From the NCBI GenBank assembly GCA_044229975.1, contig JBGARZ010000007.1, positions 224,001 through 288,000 of the forward strand: a DNA stretch of 64,000 bases. Direction: 5' to 3'. The first letter of the stretch is position 1, and each line of letters begins with the position of its first letter. This DNA is from Polyangiales bacterium (GTDB taxonomy: Bacteria > Myxococcota_A > Polyangia > Polyangiales > Ga0077539). The notes under the pieces were generated by a model that did not search any database, was not told where the DNA came from, and worked only from the letters and a program-made list of their open reading frames with translations. Made by a program: the position numbers and the translations under genes. Positions 19,286 to 28,647 of this stretch are shown one piece after another.

Positions 19286-19545
19286 CCCACGCCGCCGCGC
19301 CAGCAAGGCGCGCATCCGCTACGACCGCAGTCCCCGGGGCCCACGCCGAAGCGTCAGCGCGGCGCGCACCGGTCAGGCCCGCAGCACCAGTCCGAACGAC
19401 TCATCCGGTCTCGTGGGGCTACGAGACTCAACTTCGGACGTAGCGGATGCGCGCCTTGCTGACGCTGCGGCGTGGGCCCCGGTGACTGCGTGCCTGACCG
19501 TTGCGCGCCTTGCTGACGCTGCGGCGTGGGCCCCGGGGACTGCGG
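19286..19545. repeat. Cluster of four REP-like units (two reverse, two forward)
   Basis: Exact 35-bp direct repeat tgcgcgccttgctgacgctgcggcgtgggccccgg at 19448 and 19502; reverse-complement variants at 19286-19323 and 19325-19378. Confidence 0.85.
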
Positions 19546-19596
19546 ACGTGGCGGACCCGCGTCGCCTACTCCGAATCCCAGGTGCGTCGTCGTCGA

Positions 19597-19636
19597 CTCC
19601 AGACGTCTGGAGCTGCACCTCCAGACGTCTGGAGGT
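19597..19636. repeat. Tandem pair of perfect palindromes CTCCAGACGTCTGGAG
   Basis: 16-bp palindrome at 19597-19612 and 19619-19634, 22 bp apart; second extends to 20 bp. Confidence 0.85.
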
Positions 19637-19657
19637 CGTCTGCTCGTGCCCCCGGAC

Positions 19658-20731
19658 TCACAGCACGGTGCGTCCGCGCTTCGCCCAAGTCTTCGGAAGC
19701 GACGTCCTGGGGATGCCGAGCTCCTTCAGACCAGGCGCCGCGTCGACGAGGTAGCGTAGGGCCGCGTCGCTCATCTCGGCGCGCTTCACGAAGAGGCGCT
19801 GGAGCTTCGGCAGACCGCGAGCGGCGAGGCGCTTCGCGATGCGCGCATCGATGCGACAGTCGTGGAGCTCGAGTCGTTCGAGCTGCGGGACGAAGTCTGC
19901 GTCCGCGATCGCCGCCACCGTCGCCTCGTCGGGGAAGCGGAGGTTGAGCGACGTGAGCGCGTCGAGCCCGGCGACCGCGCGGTAGTCCGACGCCACCAGC
20001 GCCTTCCGCGCGAGCTCAAGCGAACCGAGACGCTTCGCCCACGGCGCATCGAGCAACGTCGCAACGGCCGCGTCGTCGGCGTCGATGCCTCGCAGCGTGA
20101 GCGACGCGAGCCGCTCGACTGCGGGGAGAACCGCGAGCGATCGAAGCTCCGCCGCGCCGAGGTCGTTCAGCTCCAGCACATGCAGGGGAGGGGCGGCTGC
20201 CACCACCGTCAGCGCTCCCGCTCCTCCGCTCGCGTTGAGCCCAAGAACCTCCAGCAACGTCATGCGCGCGACGGCGCCCGCGAGTGCGCGCGCGACGGGC
20301 GCTTCGAGACGCACCCGATGCAGCAGCACCGTGAGGCGTCGCAGGTGCGAGACGCTCGATGGCGCCAACGCGGCCTCGAAGATCGCGGCGGCGGCTTCGG
20401 CCGTGCCTTCACCCTGCGATGAGCTCGGGTACCAGAAGTCGGCGGCGATCAACGGCAGCTCGTGCTGCGCGAGCACGTCGATGACGCGCGCCACCTCGGG
20501 TCCCGCGCCGTCGTTGACCGAGAGCATGCGATGCAACCCCCAGGTCGACGGCGGCGCGAGGACCGCTCCCATCCGAACGGAGTGGGTGATGGCGTAGCGG
20601 CGATCGAGCGGGCCGAGCGCCTTCGCGATCGCAGCCTTGAGCTTGTCAGGAACGGGCAGGAACCCATCCGTGGGCTTCTTCGTCGCCCACGATGGCAGCG
20701 CCACCTCCGGTCGGTGGCGCTCGGTGGGCAT
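19658..20731 (-). CDS. Leucine-rich-repeat protein
   Basis: Recurrent LxxLxL units (LASLTL, LGSLEL, LTSLNL, LERLEL); ATG overlaps the upstream stop (TGATG). Confidence 0.75.
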   Translation of the reverse strand: MPTERHRPEVALPSWATKKPTDGFLPVPDKLKAAIAKALGPLDRRYAITHSVRMGAVLAPPSTWGLHRMLSVNDGAGPEVARVIDVLAQHELPLIAADFWYPSSSQGEGTAEAAAAIFEAALAPSSVSHLRRLTVLLHRVRLEAPVARALAGAVARMTLLEVLGLNASGGAGALTVVAAAPPLHVLELNDLGAAELRSLAVLPAVERLASLTLRGIDADDAAVATLLDAPWAKRLGSLELARKALVASDYRAVAGLDALTSLNLRFPDEATVAAIADADFVPQLERLELHDCRIDARIAKRLAARGLPKLQRLFVKRAEMSDAALRYLVDAAPGLKELGIPRTSLPKTWAKRGRTVL

Positions 20732-23700
20732 CAGTCCTGGCAGCAGAGGGCGCCGCCCGCCGTCGGGGTGGTGAGCACCACGTTGTGCGCCTCGCGGAAG
20801 CCGTCGCTGCCGCAGCTCCAGCCCGCCGGGAGCGACGAGCACACGTTGTTGCTGAAGGCGTTGAGCACGCCGCATGCGACGGCGGGCGTGGCGCCCGCGG
20901 AGCCGCAGCCGAAGACGTCGTTGGACACGGCGTCGCTGCCGCCGCAGCCCGTCGCGCAGCTCTCGCTGTTGCACGGCGGGTTGAGGAAGTTGCTCCCGTT
21001 GGCGCACACGCCGCAGCCGGTGCTCGACTGCCGCGTCACGAAGAACTGCCCCGGGCTCGGCGACGCGTTGGTGCACCCGGTGGACGAGCGCATCGTGACC
21101 TCCGCGGCCGAGTAGCAGACGTGCCAGCCGACCGCGCACAGGTCGGCCACGTTGCAGCCCACGCCCGTCGGCGAGGCGCCGTTGTTGCCGCCACCGCGCG
21201 CGCACATCGGGTTGAACGTCGGCGACAGCACGCCCGGAATCTGGAAGCCGCCGCTGCACGACGCGATGCGCGGGTACGACGAGAGGCTCAGGAAGCCCTC
21301 GCGCGTTCCGTCGGCGCAGCCCTGCACCACCGGGTCGGCCACGCAGCTCCCGGCGGCGCAGCGCTGGCCCGCGGCGCACACCCGACCGCACGCCCCGCAG
21401 TTGTTGGCGTCGGCGCTGATGCCGGTCTCGCAGCCGTCGGTCGCGCTGGTGTTGCAGTTGGCGAAGCCCGCGGTGCAGCCCACCACGGTGCACGCACCCG
21501 CCGCACAGCCCGCGACGGTGGTGTTGGGCAGCGAGCACACGCGCCCGCACGCCCCGCAGTTGGCCGGGTCGACCGCCGTGTTGGTGCACACCGCGACCGA
21601 GCCCGTGCACGCCGTGTTGGGCGCGAGGCAGGCCGTCCCGCACACGCCCGCGACGCACACCTGCCCGGCGCCGCACGCGCGCCCGCAGCCGCCGCAGTTG
21701 GCCGGGTCGGTGTTGGTGTTGGCCTCGCAGCCGTTGGCCGCAGTGGCATCGCAGTTGGCGAAGCCGGCGGAGCAGGCCGTCACCGCGCACGCGCTCGACG
21801 TGCACGACGAGGTGGCGTTGGCCAGCACGCACGATCGGCCGCACGCCCCGCAGCTCGTTCCGGTGTTGGAGAGGTTGGTCTCGCAGCCGTTGCTCGCGAT
21901 GCCGTCGCAGTTGCCGAAGCCCGCCGCGCAGGTGACCACCGTGCACGCGCTCGCCCCGCAGCCGTTGACGGCGGTGTTGGGGAGGGCGCAGACGGTCCCG
22001 CACGCGCCGCAGTTGCGCGGGTCGATGCGGGTGTCGGTGCAGAAGGCCGCCGAGCCGCTGCCGCACACCACGTTGGGCGACGCGCAGGTGGTCACGCAGA
22101 CGCCCGCGGCGCAGCTCTGCCCCGCGCCGCACACCACGCCGCAGCCGCCGCAGTTGGAGTTGCTGGTGCGCGTGTCGACCTCGCAGCCGTTGGCGGTGCT
22201 GGCGTCGCAGTTGGCGAAGCCCGCGAGGCAGGCCGTCAGCCCGCACGTCCCGGCCGTGCACGCCGCCGTCGCGTTGGCCAGCGCGCACGCCCGGCCGCAG
22301 GCCCCGCAGCTCGTCATGGTGGTGAGCAGGTTGGTCTCGCAGCCGTCGACCGCCGCGCCGTTGCAGTCGCCCGTCCCCGCGTTGCAGCGGATGACCGTGC
22401 ACGCCCCGGCCGCGCAGCCCGTGGCCGCCGCCGAGGGGAGGGAGCAGACGCGGCCGCAGGTTCCGCAGTTGGCGGGGTCGACCGCGGTGTTGGCGCAGTA
22501 CGAGGGCGCGCCGCCGACCGAGGGGCAGGTGGTGAGCGAGGCCGCGCAGGTCGTCCCGCAGAGACCACCAGAGCACACCTGGCCCGCGCCGCACGCGATG
22601 CCGCAGCCGCCGCAGTTGGCGTTGTCGGTGCGGGTGTTCACCTCGCAGCCGTTGCCCACCGCGCCGTCGCAGTTGGCGAAGTCCACGTTGCAGGTCGTCA
22701 GCCCGCAGGTGCCGCCTGCGCAGGTCGACGTCGCGTTGGCCAGAACGCACCCGCGACCGCACGCGCCGCAGTTGCCCGCGCTCGTCAGGAGGTTGGTCTC
22801 GCAGCCGTCGGCGGCGACGCCGTTGCAGTCGCCCGTCCCCGCGATGCAGCGCACGACCGTGCACGCGCCGCCCCCGCAGCCGTTGCTGGCCACGGACGGG
22901 AGCGCGCAGACCGTCCCGCACGCGCCGCAGTTGTCCGGGTCGACGGCGGTGTTGGCGCAGAACGGCGGCGCCGACCCGACCGCGGGGCACGTCGCGAGGC
23001 CCGGCGCGCAGGTGGTGCCGCACACCCCGGCGGAGCACACCTGGCCGGCGGTGCACGTCCTCGCGCACACGCCGCAGTTGGTGTTGTCGGTGCGGACGTC
23101 GACCTCGCAGCCGTTGGCCGCGACGCCGTCACAATCCGCGAAGCCGGGGTTGCAGGCCGCGACGCCGCACGCGCCCGAGGTGCACGCGGCGACCGCGTTG
23201 GGCAGCACGCACGCGCGGCCGCAGGCGCCGCAGCTCGGGGCGCTGGTCTGGAGGTCGGTCTCGCAGCCGTTGGACGCCACGCCGTCGCAGTCGCCCGCGC
23301 CCGCGTTGCAGCGGATCACCGTGCACATCCCCCCGGCGCACCCGTTGGCCGAGGCCGCGGGGAGCGCGCAGACCATCCCGCACGCGCCGCAGTTGGTCGG
23401 GTCGATCTGGGTGTTGGTGCAAAACGCGGTGCTGCCCGAGCCGCAGGTCGTGAGGCCCGTCCCGCAGGTGGCGCCGCACACGCCAGCGGAGCAGACCTGG
23501 CCCGCGGCGCAGGTGGTGCCGCAGGTGCCGCAGTTGCCGTTTTCGGTGCGGGTGTTGGTCTCGCAGCCGTCCGAGGCGGCGCCGTTGCAGTCCGCGAAGC
23601 CCGTCGCGCACGAGCCCGTCGGCACCGCGCACATCCCGGCCACGCACGACTGCGCGGTGACGTTGGGGAGCGCGCACGCCGCGCCGCACGCGCCGCAGTG

Positions 23701-24744
23701 GGGCGCGCTGCTGGTGAGGTCGGTCTCGCAGCCGTTGGACGCGACGCCGTCGCAGTCACCGAAGCCCGTCGCGCACCGCACGATCGAACACATCCCCGCC
23801 GTGCACCCCGTGGTGACCGCGTTGGGGAGGGTGCAGACGGTGCCGCAGGCGCCGCAGTTGGCGGGGTCGATGGAGAGGTCGGCGCAGTAGGTCACGCCCG
23901 CATCGCCGCCGCCGCAGGTGACGAGCGGCGTGGCGCAGGTGGTGCCGCAGACGCCGGCCGAGCAGACACGGCCTGCGCCGCAGGTGCTGCCGCACGCGCC
24001 GCAGTTGGCGTTGTCGGTCTGGAGGTTGGCGCAGCTCGATCCGCAGACGGTGAGGCCGGTGCCGCACGAGGCCGCGCAGGTGCCGTTGGTGCACGCCTGA
24101 CCGGCGGCGCAGACGGTGCCGCAACTGCCGCAGTTGGCGTTGTCGGTCTGGAGGTTGGCGCAGGTCGTTCCGCAGGCGGTCTGGGCGCCGGGGCAGGACA
24201 CCTGGCACATGCCCGCGACGCACACGTTGCCCGCGGGGCAGACGTTGCCGCAGGCGCCGCAGTTGGTGCGGTCGGTGCGGGTGTCGGCGCAGTAGCTCGG
24301 GAGGCCGACGTCGCCGGTCCCGGCGTCGCCGCCGCCGCAGGTGGCGAGCGTGGGCGCGCAGGTGATGGAGCAGCGCGAGAGGCTGCACACCTGGCCGGTT
24401 CCGCACGCGCGACCGCAGGCGGCGCAGTTGTTGGTGTCCGTGGCGAGGTCGACGCAGGCGCCGTTGCAGGCCGTCTGGGTGCCGGGGCACTGCACCTGGC
24501 AGACGCCCGCGACGCACATCATCAGGTTGCCGCACGTCCGTCCGCAGGCGCCGCAGTTGGTGCTGTCGTTGGCCGTGTCGACGCAGCGCGAGCCGCACTG
24601 GGTCTGCATCGGGGTACACACGGCGGGCACATCCATCGACCCGTCGCGCGCCCCGCCGTCTGGGCCGCCGACGACGCTGTTGCCGACCGAACAGCCCACC
24701 AGCACGGAGATCAGGAGCAGCGACCAGAGCGCGCGGAGGTTCAT
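20731..24744 (-). CDS. Large Cys-rich repeat lipoprotein (myxobacterial, Stig1-like repeats)
   Basis: LVGC lipobox; many DxxNCGACGxxC and CDGxxxNGCE units; distinct C-terminal domain starting GCADGTREGF. Confidence 0.88.
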   Translation of the reverse strand: MNLRALWSLLLISVLVGCSVGNSVVGGPDGGARDGSMDVPAVCTPMQTQCGSRCVDTANDSTNCGACGRTCGNLMMCVAGVCQVQCPGTQTACNGACVDLATDTNNCAACGRACGTGQVCSLSRCSITCAPTLATCGGGDAGTGDVGLPSYCADTRTDRTNCGACGNVCPAGNVCVAGMCQVSCPGAQTACGTTCANLQTDNANCGSCGTVCAAGQACTNGTCAASCGTGLTVCGSSCANLQTDNANCGACGSTCGAGRVCSAGVCGTTCATPLVTCGGGDAGVTYCADLSIDPANCGACGTVCTLPNAVTTGCTAGMCSIVRCATGFGDCDGVASNGCETDLTSSAPHCGACGAACALPNVTAQSCVAGMCAVPTGSCATGFADCNGAASDGCETNTRTENGNCGTCGTTCAAGQVCSAGVCGATCGTGLTTCGSGSTAFCTNTQIDPTNCGACGMVCALPAASANGCAGGMCTVIRCNAGAGDCDGVASNGCETDLQTSAPSCGACGRACVLPNAVAACTSGACGVAACNPGFADCDGVAANGCEVDVRTDNTNCGVCARTCTAGQVCSAGVCGTTCAPGLATCPAVGSAPPFCANTAVDPDNCGACGTVCALPSVASNGCGGGACTVVRCIAGTGDCNGVAADGCETNLLTSAGNCGACGRGCVLANATSTCAGGTCGLTTCNVDFANCDGAVGNGCEVNTRTDNANCGGCGIACGAGQVCSGGLCGTTCAASLTTCPSVGGAPSYCANTAVDPANCGTCGRVCSLPSAAATGCAAGACTVIRCNAGTGDCNGAAVDGCETNLLTTMTSCGACGRACALANATAACTAGTCGLTACLAGFANCDASTANGCEVDTRTSNSNCGGCGVVCGAGQSCAAGVCVTTCASPNVVCGSGSAAFCTDTRIDPRNCGACGTVCALPNTAVNGCGASACTVVTCAAGFGNCDGIASNGCETNLSNTGTSCGACGRSCVLANATSSCTSSACAVTACSAGFANCDATAANGCEANTNTDPANCGGCGRACGAGQVCVAGVCGTACLAPNTACTGSVAVCTNTAVDPANCGACGRVCSLPNTTVAGCAAGACTVVGCTAGFANCNTSATDGCETGISADANNCGACGRVCAAGQRCAAGSCVADPVVQGCADGTREGFLSLSSYPRIASCSGGFQIPGVLSPTFNPMCARGGGNNGASPTGVGCNVADLCAVGWHVCYSAAEVTMRSSTGCTNASPSPGQFFVTRQSSTGCGVCANGSNFLNPPCNSESCATGCGGSDAVSNDVFGCGSAGATPAVACGVLNAFSNNVCSSLPAGWSCGSDGFREAHNVVLTTPTAGGALCCQD

Positions 24745-24817
24745 GGTGACGATCACACGCTTGGGCGAAGGCCGGTGTCAATCAACAGGCACGTGCGCAT
24801 GACGCCGGACGGGTGCG

Positions 24818-24834
24818 TCGGCACGGGGGCTGCT
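24818..24834 (+). promoter_or_regulatory. Possible sigma54 promoter
   Basis: tcGGcacgggggctGCt, GG-N10-GC with GGCACG core, just upstream of the 24848 ORF. Confidence 0.4.
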
Positions 24835-24847
24835 CAAGCGCGTTGCC

Positions 24848-25882
24848 ATGCTCGAAGAGATGTCGCTGGGCGCCGTCGCGCGGCGCGGAGGCCGTGGCTC
24901 GCGGAACACTCCCGCGTGGTGGATCGCCCTCGCCGTGCTGGCCGCGTGCGTGGTCTACGCGCCGGTCGCGGCCGGGTGTTCGGCGCGGTCGGCGACGTCG
25001 TTTCACCTGCGACCGCGGGCGGTGGTGCGCTCGGAGGGCCCGGAGCTTCCGGCGGGCACCGACCTGGAGGTGCTCGCGACGTCGGACGTCCATCGACCGG
25101 GTCCCACGGCGGGGGGCGTTTCGACGCCGGTGTTGAGCCATGTGCGGGTGACCGCGACGGGCGCCGAGGGCTACGCCTTCGTGGGCCCGCGCGAGCTCAA
25201 GCCGGGGTGTCCGCTGCTCGCCCCGATGGCCCCAACGTCGGGCGCAATCGCCTCGCGCATCGGCCACCAGTGGCACGTCAACTACGCGCGGTCGCCCGGC
25301 GTTGCGGAGACGCCAGCGCAGCGCCTGACCCGATGGGCCGTGGCCTTCGATGCGGCGCGTGACGAGGTGCTCGCGCGCTTCGACGCCGACCACAACGGCA
25401 GCGAGGAGACCCTCGTGCGAGCGCACCCCGAGGAGGGCGGCGCGGTGATCGTGCTGATGCGCGAGGGGGTGCGCGGGTCACCGGGCATCGTCGTCGATCA
25501 GGAGTGGGACCACGACCACCACTCGATTCAGTACGGCGAGGTGATCCACGCGGGCCGCGCGGACTACGTCGCGATGGACGATTGGGCCGTCGGGTTGTGC
25601 TTCGGGTGCCGGACGGCGCAGTGCGATGTGGCGTCTCGTCGGCTGCTGCGGCTGCACCCCGACGGCTGGTTCGTGGTGGTCGTCGACGTCCCGCGGGAGT
25701 CCGAGGGCGAGGCGCTCACGCTGCGCGGCGAGCCCGACGGGAGCGTCACCGTGACGGGCGCCGTGACGGGTCGCACGCAGCGGCTGCGCTTCGACGCGGC
25801 GACCTTCGCGCTGGTGCCCGACGGGCCGACGATGCCCCGCATCGCGCCCGCGGGCGGGCTGTGCGACGCGCTCGGTGGGTGA
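24848..25882 (+). CDS. Hypothetical exported protein with an SH3-like N-terminal domain
   Basis: Hydrophobic N-terminus; HLRP...LPAGTDLEVL...VRVTATGAEGYAF. Confidence 0.6.
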   Translation: MLEEMSLGAVARRGGRGSRNTPAWWIALAVLAACVVYAPVAAGCSARSATSFHLRPRAVVRSEGPELPAGTDLEVLATSDVHRPGPTAGGVSTPVLSHVRVTATGAEGYAFVGPRELKPGCPLLAPMAPTSGAIASRIGHQWHVNYARSPGVAETPAQRLTRWAVAFDAARDEVLARFDADHNGSEETLVRAHPEEGGAVIVLMREGVRGSPGIVVDQEWDHDHHSIQYGEVIHAGRADYVAMDDWAVGLCFGCRTAQCDVASRRLLRLHPDGWFVVVVDVPRESEGEALTLRGEPDGSVTVTGAVTGRTQRLRFDAATFALVPDGPTMPRIAPAGGLCDALGG

Positions 25883-25913
25883 GCCTCGCGGTTGCGGTAT
25901 GGTCCGCGCCGCC

Positions 25914-26954
25914 ATGACCGCCACCACCTGGAACCCCGTCACCTCCACCGGCCTCCGCATGGACGGCGAGCGCGTCTTCCTGCTCGATCAGCGCCGCCTT
26001 CCCGACGAGGAGCGCTGGGTCGACGCGACCGACCCCGCCGTCATGGAGGACTGCATCCGCACGCTCGCCGTGCGCGGCGCCCCGCTCATCGGCGTCGCGG
26101 CGGCCATGTGTCTCGGTCTCCTCGTGCGTTCGCGCTGCACTCCTTCCGTCTTCCGCGCCGAGGCCGCTCGTCTGCGCGCGTCGCGGCCCACCGCGGTCAA
26201 CCTCATGGCCGCCATCGACCGCCTGCTCGCCGCGGCGGACGACGACGACCTCTCGCGCGTCGACGCGGTGGCGATGGACGTCTTCGTCGACGACGTCGCC
26301 CGCGCCGACGCGATGGCCGAGCACGGTGCGGCGCTCATCGAGGACGGCGACGGGCTCGTCACCCACTGCAACACCGGCGGTCTTGCGACCGTGGGCGTGG
26401 GCACCGCGCTCGGCGTCATCATCCGCGCGCACCAGCAGGGCAAGCGCGTTCACGTCTACGTCGACGAGACGCGCCCGCTCCTCCAGGGCGGCCGCCTCAC
26501 CGCCTGGGAACTCCGCCGCCACCACATCCCCCACACCCTCATCACCGACAGCATGGCCGCGCTCGTCCTGCGCTCCGGCCGCGCCAGCAGGGTGTTCGTG
26601 GGCAGCGATCGTGTCGCGCGCAACGGCGACTTTGCCAACAAGGTCGGCACCTACGCCCTCGCGGTGGTGTCGGCGCACCACCACGTTCCGTTTCACCCGG
26701 TGGCTCCGTGGACGACGGTCGATCTCGCGTGCGTCGACGGCGACGCCATCCCCATCGAGCAGCGCGACGGCGACGAGGTGCGCGGCGCGTCGGGCTCCTT
26801 CGGCACCGTGCGCTGGTGCCCGCGCGAGACGGAGGCCTTCAACCCGAGCTTCGACGTCACACCGGTCACCCTCGTGACCTCGCTCGTCACCGACCGCGGC
26901 GTCTTCTCGCAGGACGACCTGCGCCGCGGCGCGCTCACCCGCCTCGACGTTTGA
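25914..26954 (+). CDS. mtnA: S-methyl-5-thioribose-1-phosphate isomerase
   Basis: LDQRRLP, VRGAPLIG, SRPTAVNL, THCNTGGLAT, DETRPLLQGGRLTAWEL, ANKVGTY, NPSFDVTP. Confidence 0.96.
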   Translation: MTATTWNPVTSTGLRMDGERVFLLDQRRLPDEERWVDATDPAVMEDCIRTLAVRGAPLIGVAAAMCLGLLVRSRCTPSVFRAEAARLRASRPTAVNLMAAIDRLLAAADDDDLSRVDAVAMDVFVDDVARADAMAEHGAALIEDGDGLVTHCNTGGLATVGVGTALGVIIRAHQQGKRVHVYVDETRPLLQGGRLTAWELRRHHIPHTLITDSMAALVLRSGRASRVFVGSDRVARNGDFANKVGTYALAVVSAHHHVPFHPVAPWTTVDLACVDGDAIPIEQRDGDEVRGASGSFGTVRWCPRETEAFNPSFDVTPVTLVTSLVTDRGVFSQDDLRRGALTRLDV

Positions 26955-26962
26955 GTCACCCG

Positions 26963-27754
26963 ATGCCGCTACGAACCGTTCAGGCTGTCCGCTACGTGAT
27001 GCCCTTCCGCGAGGGCAGCTCGGTGCCCGCGCTGGTCGAGGGCGACGACCTCGGGCTCTACCTCGTGAAGCTGCGCGGCGCGGGGCAGGGGCCGAGGGCG
27101 CTCATCGCCGAGGTCGTCGCCGGTGAGCTCGCCCGCGCGGCGGGTCTGCGCGTCCCCGAGCTGGTGCTGGTGGAGCTCGATCGGCAGCTCGCGCGCGCCG
27201 AACCCGACCCCGAGCTGTGCCTGCCGTTGGAGAAGAGCGCGGGCCTCAACCTCGGCCTCGACTACCTCCCTGGCAGCATCACCTTCGACCCCATCGTCGG
27301 CCCTGCGCCCGACGCGACGACGGCCTCGCGGGTGGTGCTCTTCGACGCGCTCGTCACCAACGTCGACCGAACGCCCCGCAACCCCAACCTCCTCTCCTGG
27401 CACAAGCGCCTCTGGCTCATCGACCACGGCGCCGCGCTCTACTTCCACCACGGCTGGTCGTCGGACGACCCGCTCGACAACAGCCGCGATGTCTTCAAGG
27501 AGGTGAAGCAGCACGTGCTCCTGCGCTGGGCGTCGGCCCTCGACGAGGCGGCCGAGCACCTGCGCGCGTCGCTGACGCCCGAGGTGATCGCGGCGGTGAG
27601 CGCGGAGATTCCCGCGGAGTGGATGGGCGACGAGCCGGGGTTTGTGAGCGACGAGGCGCACCGCGCGGCGTACGCGACGTGGCTGCGAGCGAGGGTCGAG
27701 GCGATGCCGCTGTACCTGGAGGAGGCCCGCCGTGCCCGCGCGCTGCTCGTTTGA
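26963..27754 (+). CDS. HipA-like kinase
   Basis: REGSSVP, VKLRGAGQGPRALIAE, NVDRTPRNPNLL, LIDHGAALYFHH. Confidence 0.88.
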   Translation: MPLRTVQAVRYVMPFREGSSVPALVEGDDLGLYLVKLRGAGQGPRALIAEVVAGELARAAGLRVPELVLVELDRQLARAEPDPELCLPLEKSAGLNLGLDYLPGSITFDPIVGPAPDATTASRVVLFDALVTNVDRTPRNPNLLSWHKRLWLIDHGAALYFHHGWSSDDPLDNSRDVFKEVKQHVLLRWASALDEAAEHLRASLTPEVIAAVSAEIPAEWMGDEPGFVSDEAHRAAYATWLRARVEAMPLYLEEARRARALLV

Positions 27755-28121
27755 CTACGCGGTGCTGCGGGTGGTTCCGCGGGTGGAGCGGGAGGAGTTC
27801 ATCAACGTCGGGGTGATCGTGTTCTGCTACGCGCTCGACTACCTCGACGCGCGCATCGAGCTCGACGAGACGCGGCTGCGGGCGTTGGCGCCGGCGGTCG
27901 ACGTGGCGGAGGTGCGGTCGTACCTCGAAGCGATCCCGCGGGTGTGCGCGGGCGGCGCGGCGGCCGGGCCCATCGGGGAGCTACCGTTGATGGAGCGCTG
28001 GAGCTGGCTGACGGCGCCGCGGAGCACGATGGTGCAGACGTCAGCGGCGCACGCGGGGCTGTGCGACGAGCCCGCGGCGGCGCTGGAGCGGCTGATGGAT
28101 CGGGCGGTGCGGCTGGGCTGA
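27732..28121 (+). CDS. DUF3037 domain protein
   Basis: YAVLRVVPRVEREEFINVGV, WLTAPRSTMVQTS; overlaps the kinase gene. Confidence 0.9.
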   Translation: MPARCSFDYAVLRVVPRVEREEFINVGVIVFCYALDYLDARIELDETRLRALAPAVDVAEVRSYLEAIPRVCAGGAAAGPIGELPLMERWSWLTAPRSTMVQTSAAHAGLCDEPAAALERLMDRAVRLG

Positions 28122-28134
28122 GCGCGTCGGGTCG

Positions 28135-28362
28135 TCAGTCGCTGACGGTGCCGCCCCGACGGAGGTGCTCTGCGAGGTAGCCGTCCACCGCGATGGCGAC
28201 CGCGGCGCTCTGCTCGTCCACGGTGAGCTCGGCCAATGCCTTCGCGAGGTTCGCTCTCACCTGGTGCTCCGCGGAAGCCCGCGTGGTCGCGTTGGAGAGC
28301 CCGCGCAGGGATTCCACCGCGCGAACGTGGCTCCCTCGCTGGCGCCAGCGGTCTGCGTCCAT
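28135..28362 (-). CDS. Small hypothetical protein
   Basis: 75-aa helical-looking ORF filling the gap between DUF3037 and the tRNA; no recognised motif. Confidence 0.35.
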   Translation of the reverse strand: MDADRWRQRGSHVRAVESLRGLSNATTRASAEHQVRANLAKALAELTVDEQSAAVAIAVDGYLAEHLRRGGTVSD

Positions 28363-28519
28363 CGTCACGGCAGACTGTCTACGGCCCGACCCCCGCGTGC
28401 GGAAGTGGTGCGCGCTGCGCCATCGGGAGGACGCAGAGCCGCAGCGGCGCCGGTTGATGCTCGTCCGAACATCTCCACAGAAAGACCCACCAGATGACAG
28501 TGTCTGGGAAGACTTCCAG

Positions 28520-28551
28520 TCCCCGATCACTCCCCCCAGGAATGATCGAGA
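28520..28551 (-). terminator. Hairpin just downstream of tRNA-Arg
   Basis: Minus strand tctcgatcattcc-tggg-gggagtgatcgggga stem-loop; no strong U tract. Confidence 0.4.
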
Positions 28552-28559
28552 ACTACTTG

Positions 28560-28632
28560 CGCGCCCGGGAAGGGTCGAACTTCCAACCCCCAGATCCGTA
28601 GTCTGGTGCTCTATCCATTGAGCTACGGGCGC
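28560..28632 (-). tRNA. tRNA-Arg(ACG), CCA not encoded
   Basis: GCGCCCG acceptor stem, TAGCTCAATGGATAGAGC D arm, CCAGA-CTACGGA-TCTGG anticodon arm, GGAAG-TTCGACC-CTTCC T arm. Confidence 0.96.
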
Positions 28633-28647
28633 TTGCGAAGGAGCGCC

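Noticed and set aside
19286..19640. Possible CRISPR mini-array
   Set aside because: Only two direct copies with a 19-bp gap, mixed orientations, and no cas operon in the window
19269..19754. 161-aa ORF with an ARLADAAAWAP repeat
   Set aside because: Translation of the REP-like DNA repeats; overlaps the convergent LRR gene and has no other coding signal
20692..25362. Long plus-strand ORFs (1556 aa, 912 aa) and the 1136-aa alternative minus frame over the Cys-rich gene
   Set aside because: Shadow frames of the repetitive Cys-rich CDS; only 19658-20731 of the 1136-aa ORF is protein-like
28135..28632. Prophage or island integrated at tRNA-Arg
   Set aside because: No integrase and no duplicate of this tRNA's 3' end seen in the window
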